A stretch of 64,000 nt of DNA from assembly GCA_028704635.1 (NCBI GenBank), contig JAQWFB010000003.1, positions 56,357 through 120,356 on the forward strand, given 5' to 3'. Every line of letters starts with the position of its first letter. The first letter of the stretch is position 1. Positions 18,301 to 26,973 of this stretch are shown piece by piece. Position numbers and translations under genes: made by a program. The stretch comes from Candidatus Shapirobacteria bacterium (GTDB lineage: Bacteria; Patescibacteriota; Microgenomatia; UBA12405). The notes under the pieces are model-generated. The model was not told the DNA's origin and did no database searches. It saw nothing but the letters and a program-made list of their open reading frames with translations.

Positions 18301-21203
18301 ACAAATAAATCTTTATAATTTACTTGCGATTTGTTTATTGAATGCCCAATTGCTAAACTTGCCTCGAACAATGATTTCATAGCATTTACAGACCACTCGT
18401 TATTGGCGTTTTTCATCCAATCCTCTATAACTTTTTCCTTATTGGTTAAGCAATATAGAATTCCCGTCAAAAAACTTTCATAAAAAATATCCCTCCAATA
18501 GGCTCGTTCATTTGGATCGTGTTCTTTCAACACTATTGGGAAAGCGTCTCGAGCTGGTAAGATGGGGCAGTTTTTTATCGGCATACCTTTGATATGAAGG
18601 TAAATTAGCTCTAGTGAAGATAAATTTATTTTTTTATTGAGTAAACCAGACAGATCATGAGAGTTTTTTATAAAGCCGTGTCTAAGATATTCATACCAAA
18701 TTGCTTTTTCTTCATCAGATGTAAGTTTATATTGGAGAAGTTCTTCTAGTTTATTAGTTTGTCCTGTAGATAATAAAGCTGAACTATAAGTTTTAAATAA
18801 TAATGATGTTATGCCCAAATCATTAAATTGAGATATATAATCGTATATTTTTTTAACTTTATGATTTCTGTTAAAAATGATTGTCTCTAATAAAGCATTC
18901 GTGACCAAAGGAACTTCTTCATGTCGATACTCTTGATAATCAAGTCTCTCGATAAGTTCATCAATAATTGCTTTAATAATCCGATCCTTACCTACTGAAT
19001 CAGCTAAGCATGCTAATGTAGATAAAGTTTTTACTGGTAGTTCATTTATATTTATATGCTCAAACAAGTTTTGATTCTGAAAAAAAGATTCTTTCAATAT
19101 TAGCTCTGATGATTCTTCTATAAAACTTTTTGAGTTAATGTAATAATTATTAAGGTAAGAGAGTTTTAATGCTTTTGCAAAATCATTTTGTTCGAAGGCA
19201 ACTTTTGAAGCTTTTTCTAATTGAAACGATATTTGACTCGGATTTGAAGAAATACAAATTGCTTCTATAAGCCATTTTCTATCAATGTTTAGTATGGGGG
19301 TATTATTACCAAGGTCGCATTCGATTAATCTTAGTTCTGCCCACTTTAAATATTCATAAGATGATTGTTCAAGCCACTTTTTTATATTTGTCCTTAAAAC
19401 AATTTTTTGCTGTTCGAACTCAACTCGATTTTTAAGGTAGATTTCGAAACTATTATGGTAAACACTTAATTCGTCTCGATAATTAATTTTTATTAAGTGG
19501 GCTATGGAATTAAACCCACTGGTAATATCTGACGGATTAATTAAAGTGGATGAAACACACTCGATAAGTTGTTGTTCCGTAAAATGAAAATTTACAGAAC
19601 AAACTATTAATAATAGATTTTTTGCAATATCGGAAATTTTCAACCAAAGTGAGTCATAATATTTTTCAATATTCCCTGCATAAGGGATTAGATCACGGCA
19701 TGAGTATTCATTAACTACTGTGTTTCCATTAATGTTTTTTAACTGTTGAAGTGTATATCGTAGATGAAGTGGATTTCCTTTAGTAATTTCACAGACTTTA
19801 TTAACAAGCTCCTTCAACTGCTGAACATCTACTGGAAGTTTAAGAGATATTATATTCTTCTTTATCAAACTCGATATTGAAAATCTATTTAAACCATCAA
19901 TTTTAATCCAATCTTTTTCTGGACATTTTTCTGTGATTATTAAAGGCAAGTAAGGCTTTGCGACTAGTTGCATTCCAATTACTATCCAAACGCCCTTCTG
20001 AGGAAAACTGATTTCGTTTAAAAATGTTTTGAGTTCTTTATCTGCACCATATTTTAGCGGATGATCAAGACCATCAATAATGATTACGAAAGGTCTTTTA
20101 TTTTGTACTGACTTTTCTGCTATTTTTTTAATAAATTCACTTAATGGAAGACCTGGAGAGTTTATGTTTGATAATTCTTCAAGATCATCCTTGTGTATTT
20201 TGAATTGAGCTTTTATAGCATCTATTACGCGGTTAGAATTTAGCCTTTCCATTGGGTTATCATCTTCTGGAGAGATGTGATAGTGGTGCTTTATTGATAT
20301 TACCCCCAATTTATTTAACTGTTCATCTAACTTTGAAAGATAAACACTTTTCCCTGACCCTGGTTCTCCATATATGACCTTTATGCCACCATTAATATTA
20401 TTTAAATCTTTCAATATACCTTTATGAACTGTTTCATCAAAAAATTGAAAATCGGATGGAATTATAAATTTTTCATTTAATGGTTTTGGGATATCAAACT
20501 CACATTGTTTCCTGATTTCTTCGAGTCCAATATTAATTGTGTATTCGTCTTGAGCTCTATTTCGTATCCATTGAATAAAACTATCAAAGCCTGCTTTTGT
20601 AACATGTAGAGTATTGTAATAAAAATTTCTGACATCTATCCCAAACTCATCCTGACTCTTTTGAGAGAATTTGAACTTAAGTTTCTTAAAGAACTGTGTT
20701 GTCAGTTTCTGTCCACCAATTAGTTTTTCGATGGATTTATATAAAACCAGGTCACTCTTTTTTATTAACTCAATATCAATTAATTCATTTTTTAGATATT
20801 TCTTGACTTCTCTAGAAGCTCCGGCATTTGTGATAAAAAAAGCAGTATCTGTATTATTATAAAAACTCTGATTGTTTAGATCTCCTCTGAACAGGGAATA
20901 AGCCCACTTATTTAAAAGTGATTTTTTGCTTTTTGGAAGAGGCTCAATTAATTCACTCCAGGTCCATACATTATTTGGGTCTACTTTATGTTTAGTCTGA
21001 TATAATTCGTATTTCCCTGCCAAATTTGTTACAACAATATCATCTAAATAAAAGTCTTTTTGTTCATTTTTATCTGGATTAACTTCAAATTGTATGGATT
21101 GATATGCTTCTGGATTTAAAAGCCAATCACCAGCTAATTTGACTCCCCATAACTCTTGGTAATAATCTCCTTTTTTTCTAGCACTAGTAATATTTTTTTT
21201 CAT
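15327..21203 (-). CDS. N-terminal PD-(D/E)xK (Cap4/Mrr-like) nuclease + STAND NTPase + long helical sensor; AVAST/Avs-like antiphage protein
   Basis: GDYYQ...LDDIVV...YQTKH; Walker A GEPGSGKS; Walker B IIIDGLD; GNPLHL; YHNSF; 1958 aa. Confidence 0.75.
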   Translation of the reverse strand: MKKNITSARKKGDYYQELWGVKLAGDWLLNPEAYQSIQFEVNPDKNEQKDFYLDDIVVTNLAGKYELYQTKHKVDPNNVWTWSELIEPLPKSKKSLLNKWAYSLFRGDLNNQSFYNNTDTAFFITNAGASREVKKYLKNELIDIELIKKSDLVLYKSIEKLIGGQKLTTQFFKKLKFKFSQKSQDEFGIDVRNFYYNTLHVTKAGFDSFIQWIRNRAQDEYTINIGLEEIRKQCEFDIPKPLNEKFIIPSDFQFFDETVHKGILKDLNNINGGIKVIYGEPGSGKSVYLSKLDEQLNKLGVISIKHHYHISPEDDNPMERLNSNRVIDAIKAQFKIHKDDLEELSNINSPGLPLSEFIKKIAEKSVQNKRPFVIIIDGLDHPLKYGADKELKTFLNEISFPQKGVWIVIGMQLVAKPYLPLIITEKCPEKDWIKIDGLNRFSISSLIKKNIISLKLPVDVQQLKELVNKVCEITKGNPLHLRYTLQQLKNINGNTVVNEYSCRDLIPYAGNIEKYYDSLWLKISDIAKNLLLIVCSVNFHFTEQQLIECVSSTLINPSDITSGFNSIAHLIKINYRDELSVYHNSFEIYLKNRVEFEQQKIVLRTNIKKWLEQSSYEYLKWAELRLIECDLGNNTPILNIDRKWLIEAICISSNPSQISFQLEKASKVAFEQNDFAKALKLSYLNNYYINSKSFIEESSELILKESFFQNQNLFEHININELPVKTLSTLACLADSVGKDRIIKAIIDELIERLDYQEYRHEEVPLVTNALLETIIFNRNHKVKKIYDYISQFNDLGITSLLFKTYSSALLSTGQTNKLEELLQYKLTSDEEKAIWYEYLRHGFIKNSHDLSGLLNKKINLSSLELIYLHIKGMPIKNCPILPARDAFPIVLKEHDPNERAYWRDIFYESFLTGILYCLTNKEKVIEDWMKNANNEWSVNAMKSLFEASLAIGHSINKSQVNYKDLFVNLITIPELKWPEDRDSLNIQNAFHDSLNLILKDLMNIKAFFGNSLLFEIDDCKLIDKIPFLFSRKDLLDLSLDYDVAILSKNVFQKIRDEKIKGLIDSVTYFPDRSKGYAEITKLIRLYDNEKTSKPLLIDAINNLLGYGYHKDMFLFEVLEAIDFCAENGLPTEKINNWINKLIPIIEHIGEYTDGDETGYLRDELASLLAKRNRNLLFKNLYYATKNEELYHAENLFKILIESFTYSSDIEIALSSTALDKGSFTILKEQSKNNSGAKIALNNIEEYLGEINYPEEDRGNTTPYTPEIIDYSTIKPDDLKSYLESNFENKWQMSDYLKGWSKYWTDNYDKKEVYKICKELIKKYGIQNVSGELLDTIFPLAQEFDNQEAFEYLCSAQTNDHGWQKYWTDKKKAEQRWNIVKTLFPKRYLEFFKKSTEGGVPLSTGVEYFLQFDDQAVAEEITDSSILFAEELMANLALPDIEWQKDKNSIDLIDLLFQRLLWPSTITQERAATSISRLLIESKDKKDIFTRLLVWISQQKMESTIAIGLLVILKAIFLVRDISELSYISYKDIENSIKINSIVVDKLVSEIAELLKSTKSFELNYEKIEIPPINYVISKFFLGHIKTFLAPIYMIRAKEIEKATGKPFIKYWSYVSDKIVENTSTILDSNQTYFMGRSQNDDFVIGFSSKVSQVYRSAFIRVLQYFHSQKEIPNDIYLEWAYATLPVELSFWKISPKPIPSWWPQLNDGEVSQKSNIVSLSLKKPIETLCEIRDGKYLLAAEGSIKPGIDWQSTPPMHSFSLIGFGYKVTGKQLPSPEEIAKEVLYSQTITRIPTKTNNPFHFLEDQSNFILIGDEFTQLKDMFIYPLTSRNDDFCIGLWQYYRDREISLNVTPELSKNLNLKIEEDKWSYQDLNSRNIIEYSDWLGGLRERYDRDLPIHHGQHLMIDKLYLDEWLKHHNLRLGYILKSVYRVKKYSYDKVQSYYDYKLLNVSTIITP

Positions 21204-21282
21204 TCTGATTTAGTGCAATTATACTATTACTTCTAGTAAATAGAAGATAAAATACATTGTAAGATCAATATATTTTCTAAAG

Positions 21283-21789
21283 TTGGTAAAATTGATTATG
21301 GGTCAATTATTTAAATTTCGTGGTTTAGATTATAAAAATTACGAACTAAATTTTAAACAAAAACTATTCTGTGATGGGTATCTAAATTCCAAAGGTGATT
21401 CTATATCAGCAGTCGAAGGTGCAGGTTACAAAGTAAGTGATAATAGAAGATTAGCCTCGTCAATAGCCTCGGAGAACCTAACAAAACCTAACATTTGTGC
21501 ATATTTGAACTTGAAACTAAAAGAAAGTGGATTGGATGATGAATTTGTAGATAAACAACTGCTTTTTTTAGTAAATCAATATTCAGATTTGAGAGTAAAA
21601 CTATCTGCAATTGATACCTATTACAAATTAAAGGGTAGATATGCTCCTAAAAAACTAGATATAAAAGAGGAAAAGAATATTTATAAAGACATGACAGATG
21701 ATGAATTAGATCGATTAGCTTGGGGAGAAAATTATGAGCTCTATAAAAAAACTAAAGCTAAAGAACAGACACAACAACAATCTAATTAA
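21283..21789 (+). CDS. Phage terminase small subunit-like protein (start may be ATG 21298)
   Basis: LNFKQKLFCDGYL...AVEGAGY...ASSIASENLTKPNI HTH signature. Confidence 0.8.
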   Translation: MVKLIMGQLFKFRGLDYKNYELNFKQKLFCDGYLNSKGDSISAVEGAGYKVSDNRRLASSIASENLTKPNICAYLNLKLKESGLDDEFVDKQLLFLVNQYSDLRVKLSAIDTYYKLKGRYAPKKLDIKEEKNIYKDMTDDELDRLAWGENYELYKKTKAKEQTQQQSN

Positions 21790-21809
21790 TTTTGTAATTA
21801 TTTAAGAGT

Positions 21810-22514
21810 ATGGATATCAAAACCACAAAGCTAAACTGGACCAAATCAAAGAATGGAATCTTAATGGATTTTGAACTTGATGTGGTTATTCATCCTTTCA
21901 ATAACGGAAAAATAATTATTAATGTTCCTGGAGCTGATGGGTCCATTAATGGATACGAAGATAAATATATTAAGATTGCTAATTATTTAGTTGAACAAAA
22001 AATCGGAGCTGTGGTTAGGATACCCAACATTTCATCTTTAGGGTTTGGTTGGGATATTAATTTAAGAGAAACGCTTTCTTATGTCTTAGATAATGCCAAG
22101 GAAATCTGTGGTAGTAGTAAACCGGAAATATATCTAATGGGTCTTTCTGCGGGGGCTGGTGCTATTTCTATGACTGCTTGGGAATATCCTGAGGTTACAA
22201 AAATATTATTAGTAGAACCAGCTTTAATTTTTAGTGGTGAACATGGGGTTGAAGGAATTAGAGAATACAAAGGTGAAGTTACTATTGTTGTTGGCAAAGG
22301 AGATACGGCTTTAGGTAAAGAGGTTGGTGATAAATTCTTTGATTATTTTATCAATGCTAAACATAAAGAAATTATTGAGATAGAAAATTGTGACCATCGC
22401 TTTATGGGAGAAACTAATGGAAGAATTTTTAGTGAAGCTCCAATCTACGCTTTTAAAGATGGAAAGAAGATTAAGTTCCCAAATCCAAATGGCGGAATAA
22501 AATTATACGACTAA
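21810..22514 (+). CDS. Alpha/beta-hydrolase fold protein
   Basis: Nucleophile elbow GLSAG, GKGD, CDHRF. Confidence 0.75.
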   Translation: MDIKTTKLNWTKSKNGILMDFELDVVIHPFNNGKIIINVPGADGSINGYEDKYIKIANYLVEQKIGAVVRIPNISSLGFGWDINLRETLSYVLDNAKEICGSSKPEIYLMGLSAGAGAISMTAWEYPEVTKILLVEPALIFSGEHGVEGIREYKGEVTIVVGKGDTALGKEVGDKFFDYFINAKHKEIIEIENCDHRFMGETNGRIFSEAPIYAFKDGKKIKFPNPNGGIKLYD

Positions 22515-23300
22515 ACTTTTTGCTTTGTCTGTAAATAAGTATTTAGGATCAACACATGTGCCAATACGAGGTAGATCTAATCTATCAGCGTCAAGGCAGG
22601 TCTGAACAGTAATGTTATTGATCAATGGGCTATCTACTTTAGTCAATTCTTCAGGTGATAGGTTATGGTTTTTAACTGCAAACTTTAAAACTTCTATTTG
22701 ATCTTTATTTAAGTATTCCGGAAAACTATTACAGAAATTAACAGCTCTTTCACCATGAGATAGGTCCTCGTATTCATTAGCTCTACAATAATCATGTAGA
22801 ACAGAAAAGAAATAAATTACCTTTTTATCAGTTCCATTTTGATCGGCAATTTGTTTTCCAAATTTATATACATTTCGCCAATGAGAGAAGCCATGTACTC
22901 CAGTAAAATCGATTTTGGTCCCGGCTCCGGCATTATCAAGAAAGGCATATGGATTTTTAAAGATGAGATTTTCTATTAAGAAAAACATCCAACAATTAAA
23001 GTAATTATGTTGTCGAACAAAGAAACCGGTATCTAGTTCATTTATTTTGTCAAAGGTCATAAATGATTCGTGAGAAATATATTTATTACCTTCTCTTATA
23101 AAGTGAATTTTAAAAACAACGGTGGGATTCAAACTTCTTAGGATATAAACCCAATCATCTTTTGTTTCGATATACCAACGCTGAGTGTCGGGATTTTGAG
23201 GTTGTTTACGAGGACAGCCTTTCTTAATTAATTCAAACTCTTCTTCATTATATTCAAACCTAGTGTGAATCGAAGTATTGGCATTATCTTCAAATTTCAT
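22503..23300 (-). CDS. HD-domain phosphohydrolase with unknown N-terminal domain
   Basis: HGFSHW, VLHD, HGERA, LDADRLDL. Confidence 0.75.
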   Translation of the reverse strand: MKFEDNANTSIHTRFEYNEEEFELIKKGCPRKQPQNPDTQRWYIETKDDWVYILRSLNPTVVFKIHFIREGNKYISHESFMTFDKINELDTGFFVRQHNYFNCWMFFLIENLIFKNPYAFLDNAGAGTKIDFTGVHGFSHWRNVYKFGKQIADQNGTDKKVIYFFSVLHDYCRANEYEDLSHGERAVNFCNSFPEYLNKDQIEVLKFAVKNHNLSPEELTKVDSPLINNITVQTCLDADRLDLPRIGTCVDPKYLFTDKAKSLVV

Positions 23301-23311
23301 AAGAGGATAAA

Positions 23312-23554
23312 TTATTTAAAAATAGACACTAAAAATACAATGGGTAAAATTATTAATAAAGCTAAAATTATATAAAGAATAGTTTTTATTACTTTATAAG
23401 TTTTATCATAAGTCTTTTTCAGACCTTTTTCTTCTAATTTCCCTTTTAATTTAGCAACATATTTTCTTTTTATTTCAGGCAAAATAAACCAACAAACATA
23501 GAGTAATCCACCAATAATTGCAGCTTTAAGTGATCCTAATAATATTTTTTCCAT
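23312..23554 (-). CDS. Small 2-TM hypothetical protein
   Basis: Two hydrophobic helices; operon spacing. Confidence 0.6.
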   Translation of the reverse strand: MEKILLGSLKAAIIGGLLYVCWFILPEIKRKYVAKLKGKLEEKGLKKTYDKTYKVIKTILYIILALLIILPIVFLVSIFK

Positions 23555-23555
23555 A

Positions 23556-23744
23556 TTATTTTTCTAAACCGTGTCCTCTTAAACACATTTTATACTGTAA
23601 CTCCAATTCTTCGGCATTACTTGGTCTATTTGAAATTTTATCTACACAAATTGATCTGATATGGCTTGGTCGGTATCCATACCAATAGAAAAGAAATGAT
23701 AAAACGATAGTGAAAACTGTTATTGTAATAATCTTCATTTTCAT
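23556..23744 (-). CDS. Small membrane-anchored protein with two Cys
   Basis: N-terminal TM, FYWYGYRP..IR..C...YKMCLR..GL. Confidence 0.6.
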   Translation of the reverse strand: MKMKIITITVFTIVLSFLFYWYGYRPSHIRSICVDKISNRPSNAEELELQYKMCLRGHGLEK

Positions 23745-23764
23745 AATTTTTTATATTAATAATC

Positions 23765-23862
23765 AAAAAGCTCCCGTCAGTGATAACTTGCGTTACCCAT
23801 ACAAGTTTCCCTGTATGACCATTGAAGGAGCTCTGACGAGAGCTTACTGCCTTCAATGGCTT
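23765..23862 (-). ncRNA. Structured RNA / switch-like leader
   Basis: Three abutting helices, two capped by GNRA loops (GAAA, GCAA); G-U pairs only on the minus strand; 13-nt long-range pairing followed by a U tract. Confidence 0.75.
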
Positions 23863-24027
23863 TTTATTTACCATGCCTAAAAGTTTATCCTTCTAGGTTT
23901 AGGTAACAAATTGTACGAACAACTTTATCTTACCATATACCTAATTCATTTAAAGGAAAATGAGGGATAATATAGTTTTTATTAAAAGAGATAACCATAT
24001 GTTATATCCATATGATAGGCCAAATTC

Positions 24028-24056
24028 TTGACTTTAATATTTATTTGAAGTAATAT
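24028..24056 (+). promoter_or_regulatory. Sigma70-type promoter
   Basis: TTGACT-17-TAATAT; TTGACTT/AAGTCAA inverted repeat spans the promoter. Confidence 0.65.
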
Positions 24057-24097
24057 TTATTAGAAGTCAAAGACTTTTGTAGAGTTACAGAAAAACT

Positions 24098-24134
24098 GAG
24101 CTCTCGAACACGTTGTGTTCGGGGGCTTTTTTTT
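24098..24134 (+). terminator. Intrinsic terminator in the leader of the DUF5659-like gene
   Basis: GAGCTCTCGAACAC-GTT-GTGTTCGGGGGCTT followed by a T run. Confidence 0.8.
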
Positions 24135-24165
24135 GGTTCTATTCATAAAAATTAAATAAAATAAT

Positions 24166-24441
24166 ATGGAAAATATTTGTAAATATGAGTATTTGTTTGA
24201 GAGTAAAGATTTAGCTGAATCGAGTTTTTTATTGGCAAAAGGAAAAATATTAGAATCTATTGAGAGAGAAGGTTCGGTTTGTTGGTTTGTTTTTCAGGAT
24301 AAAGAAAGTTGTGAAGATTTGGTCCGAAAATTTCGCTTTGGAGACTCAACTATACAAGCAAAGAAATTCTACGAAGCTATTCAAACCCTTAAAAAATTGA
24401 TATTCCCGGGAGGTAATCGAAATGATCCAAAATATCCTTGA
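24166..24441 (+). CDS. DUF5659-like small mobile-element protein
   Basis: FESKDLAESSFLLAKG...FVF...C..L...F......AK.FY.AI..LK..IF pattern. Confidence 0.65.
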   Translation: MENICKYEYLFESKDLAESSFLLAKGKILESIEREGSVCWFVFQDKESCEDLVRKFRFGDSTIQAKKFYEAIQTLKKLIFPGGNRNDPKYP

Positions 24442-24958
24442 GATCGAAAAAAAATTCCCAAACTGGTTTAATCAATTTTCTGATTTATCTTATGAGGATC
24501 AGAAATATATTTGGGAAAATATACCTCTAATTAAAGACTTAAAGGATAATAATTTAGAACATAATACCAATGTTAATGGTAATGATAATGGTGCCTGTAA
24601 ACAAAAAGTAAACACAAAATTAACAACGAATAAACAACAAGTAATAGAAAGTTTATTGAAGTGCAACTATAGGACACCTCCACGACTTATTGCTTCATAT
24701 TTAGAAGTATTGTTTTCAAAATTCGAGGCGAAGGAGGGTCACTGGTTATGGATAGCACAACATTACACGCCCAGATCGACAAACCAAGTTATTTTAGAAA
24801 TACTAAAGCTACATAGTTCTGGAAGGTGTAGGGTAGTTAATCCAGGAGCAATGTTTACTTTTCTAATTAAAAAGAGAAAGAAAAGAAAAGTGTTTAGAAA
24901 CACCAATGGTGTCTATAAACAACAAGGTAAAGAACAGATTGGGAGGGTAAAATGTTAA
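24422..24958 (+). CDS. Hypothetical protein, possibly replication-associated
   Basis: Asn-rich linker and C-terminal NPGAMF reminiscent of phage replication proteins; context. Confidence 0.4.
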   Translation: MIQNILEIEKKFPNWFNQFSDLSYEDQKYIWENIPLIKDLKDNNLEHNTNVNGNDNGACKQKVNTKLTTNKQQVIESLLKCNYRTPPRLIASYLEVLFSKFEAKEGHWLWIAQHYTPRSTNQVILEILKLHSSGRCRVVNPGAMFTFLIKKRKKRKVFRNTNGVYKQQGKEQIGRVKC

Positions 24959-25140
24959 GCGATAAAGCAGTGATCGAATACATGGAAATTTATCGTCTGG
25001 AATATGGAAAAGATATAAATATTGAGGCAGCACGAAAACAAGCAACTAATCTATTGAAATTAATTAAATTAATATCCACTCCATCGACACCACTTAATGG
25101 TTTAATAATTGACAAACGAGGAAAATATGAGAATAATTAA
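24952..25140 (+). CDS. Small helical protein upstream of the recombinase
   Basis: 62 aa; SD GGGAGG; overlaps the upstream ORF. Confidence 0.7.
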   Translation: MLSDKAVIEYMEIYRLEYGKDINIEAARKQATNLLKLIKLISTPSTPLNGLIIDKRGKYENN

Positions 25141-25225
25141 ATTGCAACCAGGATTATCATTAGGACTTTTTAATGCCCTCATTGGACAGAGTCTTAATGA
25201 TTCTGGTTGCACCAATGGGGGCATT
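25109..25225 (+). promoter_or_regulatory. Recombinase promoter and pseudoknot/switch leader covering the RBS
   Basis: TTGACA-17-AATAAT; stem 25143-25167/25190-25211; loop 25172-25185 complementary to 25212-25225. Confidence 0.75.
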
Positions 25226-25230
25226 TAAGT

Positions 25231-26973
25231 ATGGAAAACAAATATTTTATATACTGTAGAAAATCTAGTGAACAAGAAGATAGACAGGTTCTTTCTCTGG
25301 ATTCACAAGAAAAAGTTTTGGTGAATTTGGCAAAGGAAGAAAAACTGAATGTTATAGATATTTTGAGAGAATCTGGAACTGCACATTCAATGGGGAGAAA
25401 AATATTTGCAGAAATGAACTTGAGATTATTACGAGGTGAGGCTAATGGACTACTTGTCTGGGATGAATCACGAATTGCTAGAAATGCTGGTGATGGTGGA
25501 ATGATAATTAATATGTTTGATATTGGTAAATTGGTGGAAATAAAAAAACCTGGAAAAACTTATCGAAACACTCCTGATGATAAATTCTTTTTAAATTTAA
25601 TATTTTCGATGTCAAAAAAAGAATCAGATGATAAAGGAGTAAATGTAAAAAGAGGTTTAAATACAAAGGCTGAAAAAGGATGGTTACCAAGTGGAGCAAA
25701 ACCTGGATATATGAATGATAAATATGCAGAAAAGGGAAATAAAACAATAAAATCTGATCCTGAAAGATTCCCGATTATTAGAAAAGTCTGGGATCACTTT
25801 ATTTATCAAGGATACTCAATACCTAAGATTTTAAAAAAAATGAATGATGAATGGGGTTATAGATCCCCTGTTAAGAGATCTATTGGGGGTAAACCAATGT
25901 GTCGAAGTCAATTGTATTTAATCCTTCGCGATCCTTTTTATTATGGCTATTTTGAATATCCAATTGGTAGTGGAAAATGGCGTAAAGGAGCTCATAAGCC
26001 GATGATTTCTGAAGAGGAATTTAATAGAGCACAAGTAATCCTTGGTAGGAAAATGGCTCCTAAACCACATAAAACTGAATTTGCTTATACAGGTTTAATT
26101 ACTTGTAGTGAATGTGGAGCAAGAATAACAGCGGAAGAAAAGTGGCATACAGTGTGTTCTGTTTGTAAAACGAAATTTAATTCAACTCATAATAATATCT
26201 GCCCGAATTGTGGAATAAAAACTGAAGATATGGATAAACCAATTATTCGACATTACATTTATTATCACTGCACTAAAAAGAAAAATCCTAATTGTGTTCA
26301 AAAGAGTGTTGAGATAAAAGAGTTAGAAAGACAATTGGATATTTTGTTAGGTGAGGTCCAAATATCAGATAGGTTTGTAAAATGGGCGTTAAAACATTTA
26401 AATGAGCTTAATGATGAGGAAGTTGAAGATAGAAATAATATTGTTAATGCCCTTCAAAATACCTACACTAATTGTTTAAAAAAATTAGATAATTTAACAG
26501 CCTTGATGATTTCTCCTAATAATGCTGATCGATCACTGTTAAGTGATAACGAGTTTAAAGAACGGAAAACAGAAATATTAGAAGAAAAACAAAAATTAGA
26601 AAATCAGATGAATAATACCGGAAGAAGAGTGGAAGATTGGTTAAAAGAAGTTGAAGATAAGTTTGATTTTGCCACACAAGCAAGGAAAAAATTTAATGAA
26701 CCTGATATAACAATTGAAGAAAAAAGAGAGATGATGTTTAGGATAAGTTCGGACCTCAAACTTTATAACAAAAACATCGATGCTTTACTGGAAAACTTAT
26801 ATGAGCCTCTCAGGAGAATAACAAAGGGAGAACCTACAACAAAGCTAGAGTTCGAAACTAAAGAAATAAAGGAAAAATACGGTAATTTAGAGTCTTATTG
26901 GACTCAAAATCCATTAGTGCTCGGCGGAAGGGATGGGAGTCGAACCCACATGCCATTTCTGACGCAGGTTTAG
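25231..26973 (+). CDS. Large serine recombinase (integrase)
   Basis: YCRKSSE catalytic motif, DESRIARN, recombinase domain, Zn ribbon CSECG...YYHC, coiled coil; ATG 25231 preferred. Confidence 0.93.
   Translation: MENKYFIYCRKSSEQEDRQVLSLDSQEKVLVNLAKEEKLNVIDILRESGTAHSMGRKIFAEMNLRLLRGEANGLLVWDESRIARNAGDGGMIINMFDIGKLVEIKKPGKTYRNTPDDKFFLNLIFSMSKKESDDKGVNVKRGLNTKAEKGWLPSGAKPGYMNDKYAEKGNKTIKSDPERFPIIRKVWDHFIYQGYSIPKILKKMNDEWGYRSPVKRSIGGKPMCRSQLYLILRDPFYYGYFEYPIGSGKWRKGAHKPMISEEEFNRAQVILGRKMAPKPHKTEFAYTGLITCSECGARITAEEKWHTVCSVCKTKFNSTHNNICPNCGIKTEDMDKPIIRHYIYYHCTKKKNPNCVQKSVEIKELERQLDILLGEVQISDRFVKWALKHLNELNDEEVEDRNNIVNALQNTYTNCLKKLDNLTALMISPNNADRSLLSDNEFKERKTEILEEKQKLENQMNNTGRRVEDWLKEVEDKFDFATQARKKFNEPDITIEEKREMMFRISSDLKLYNKNIDALLENLYEPLRRITKGEPTTKLEFETKEIKEKYGNLESYWTQNPLVLGGRDGSRTHMPFLTQV

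Larger units (their letters stand above)
15327..26973. mobile_element. Integrative satellite-like element at tRNA-Ser(GCT); left boundary uncertain
   Basis: Serine recombinase abutting the tRNA 3' end, terS, DUF5659-like and rep-like genes, defence cargo; no capsid, portal or terL seen. Confidence 0.7.

Noticed and set aside
26848-26859. T-loop-like GAGTTCGAAACT inside the integrase
   Set aside because: Too short, coding (EFET), and no tRNA fold around it.
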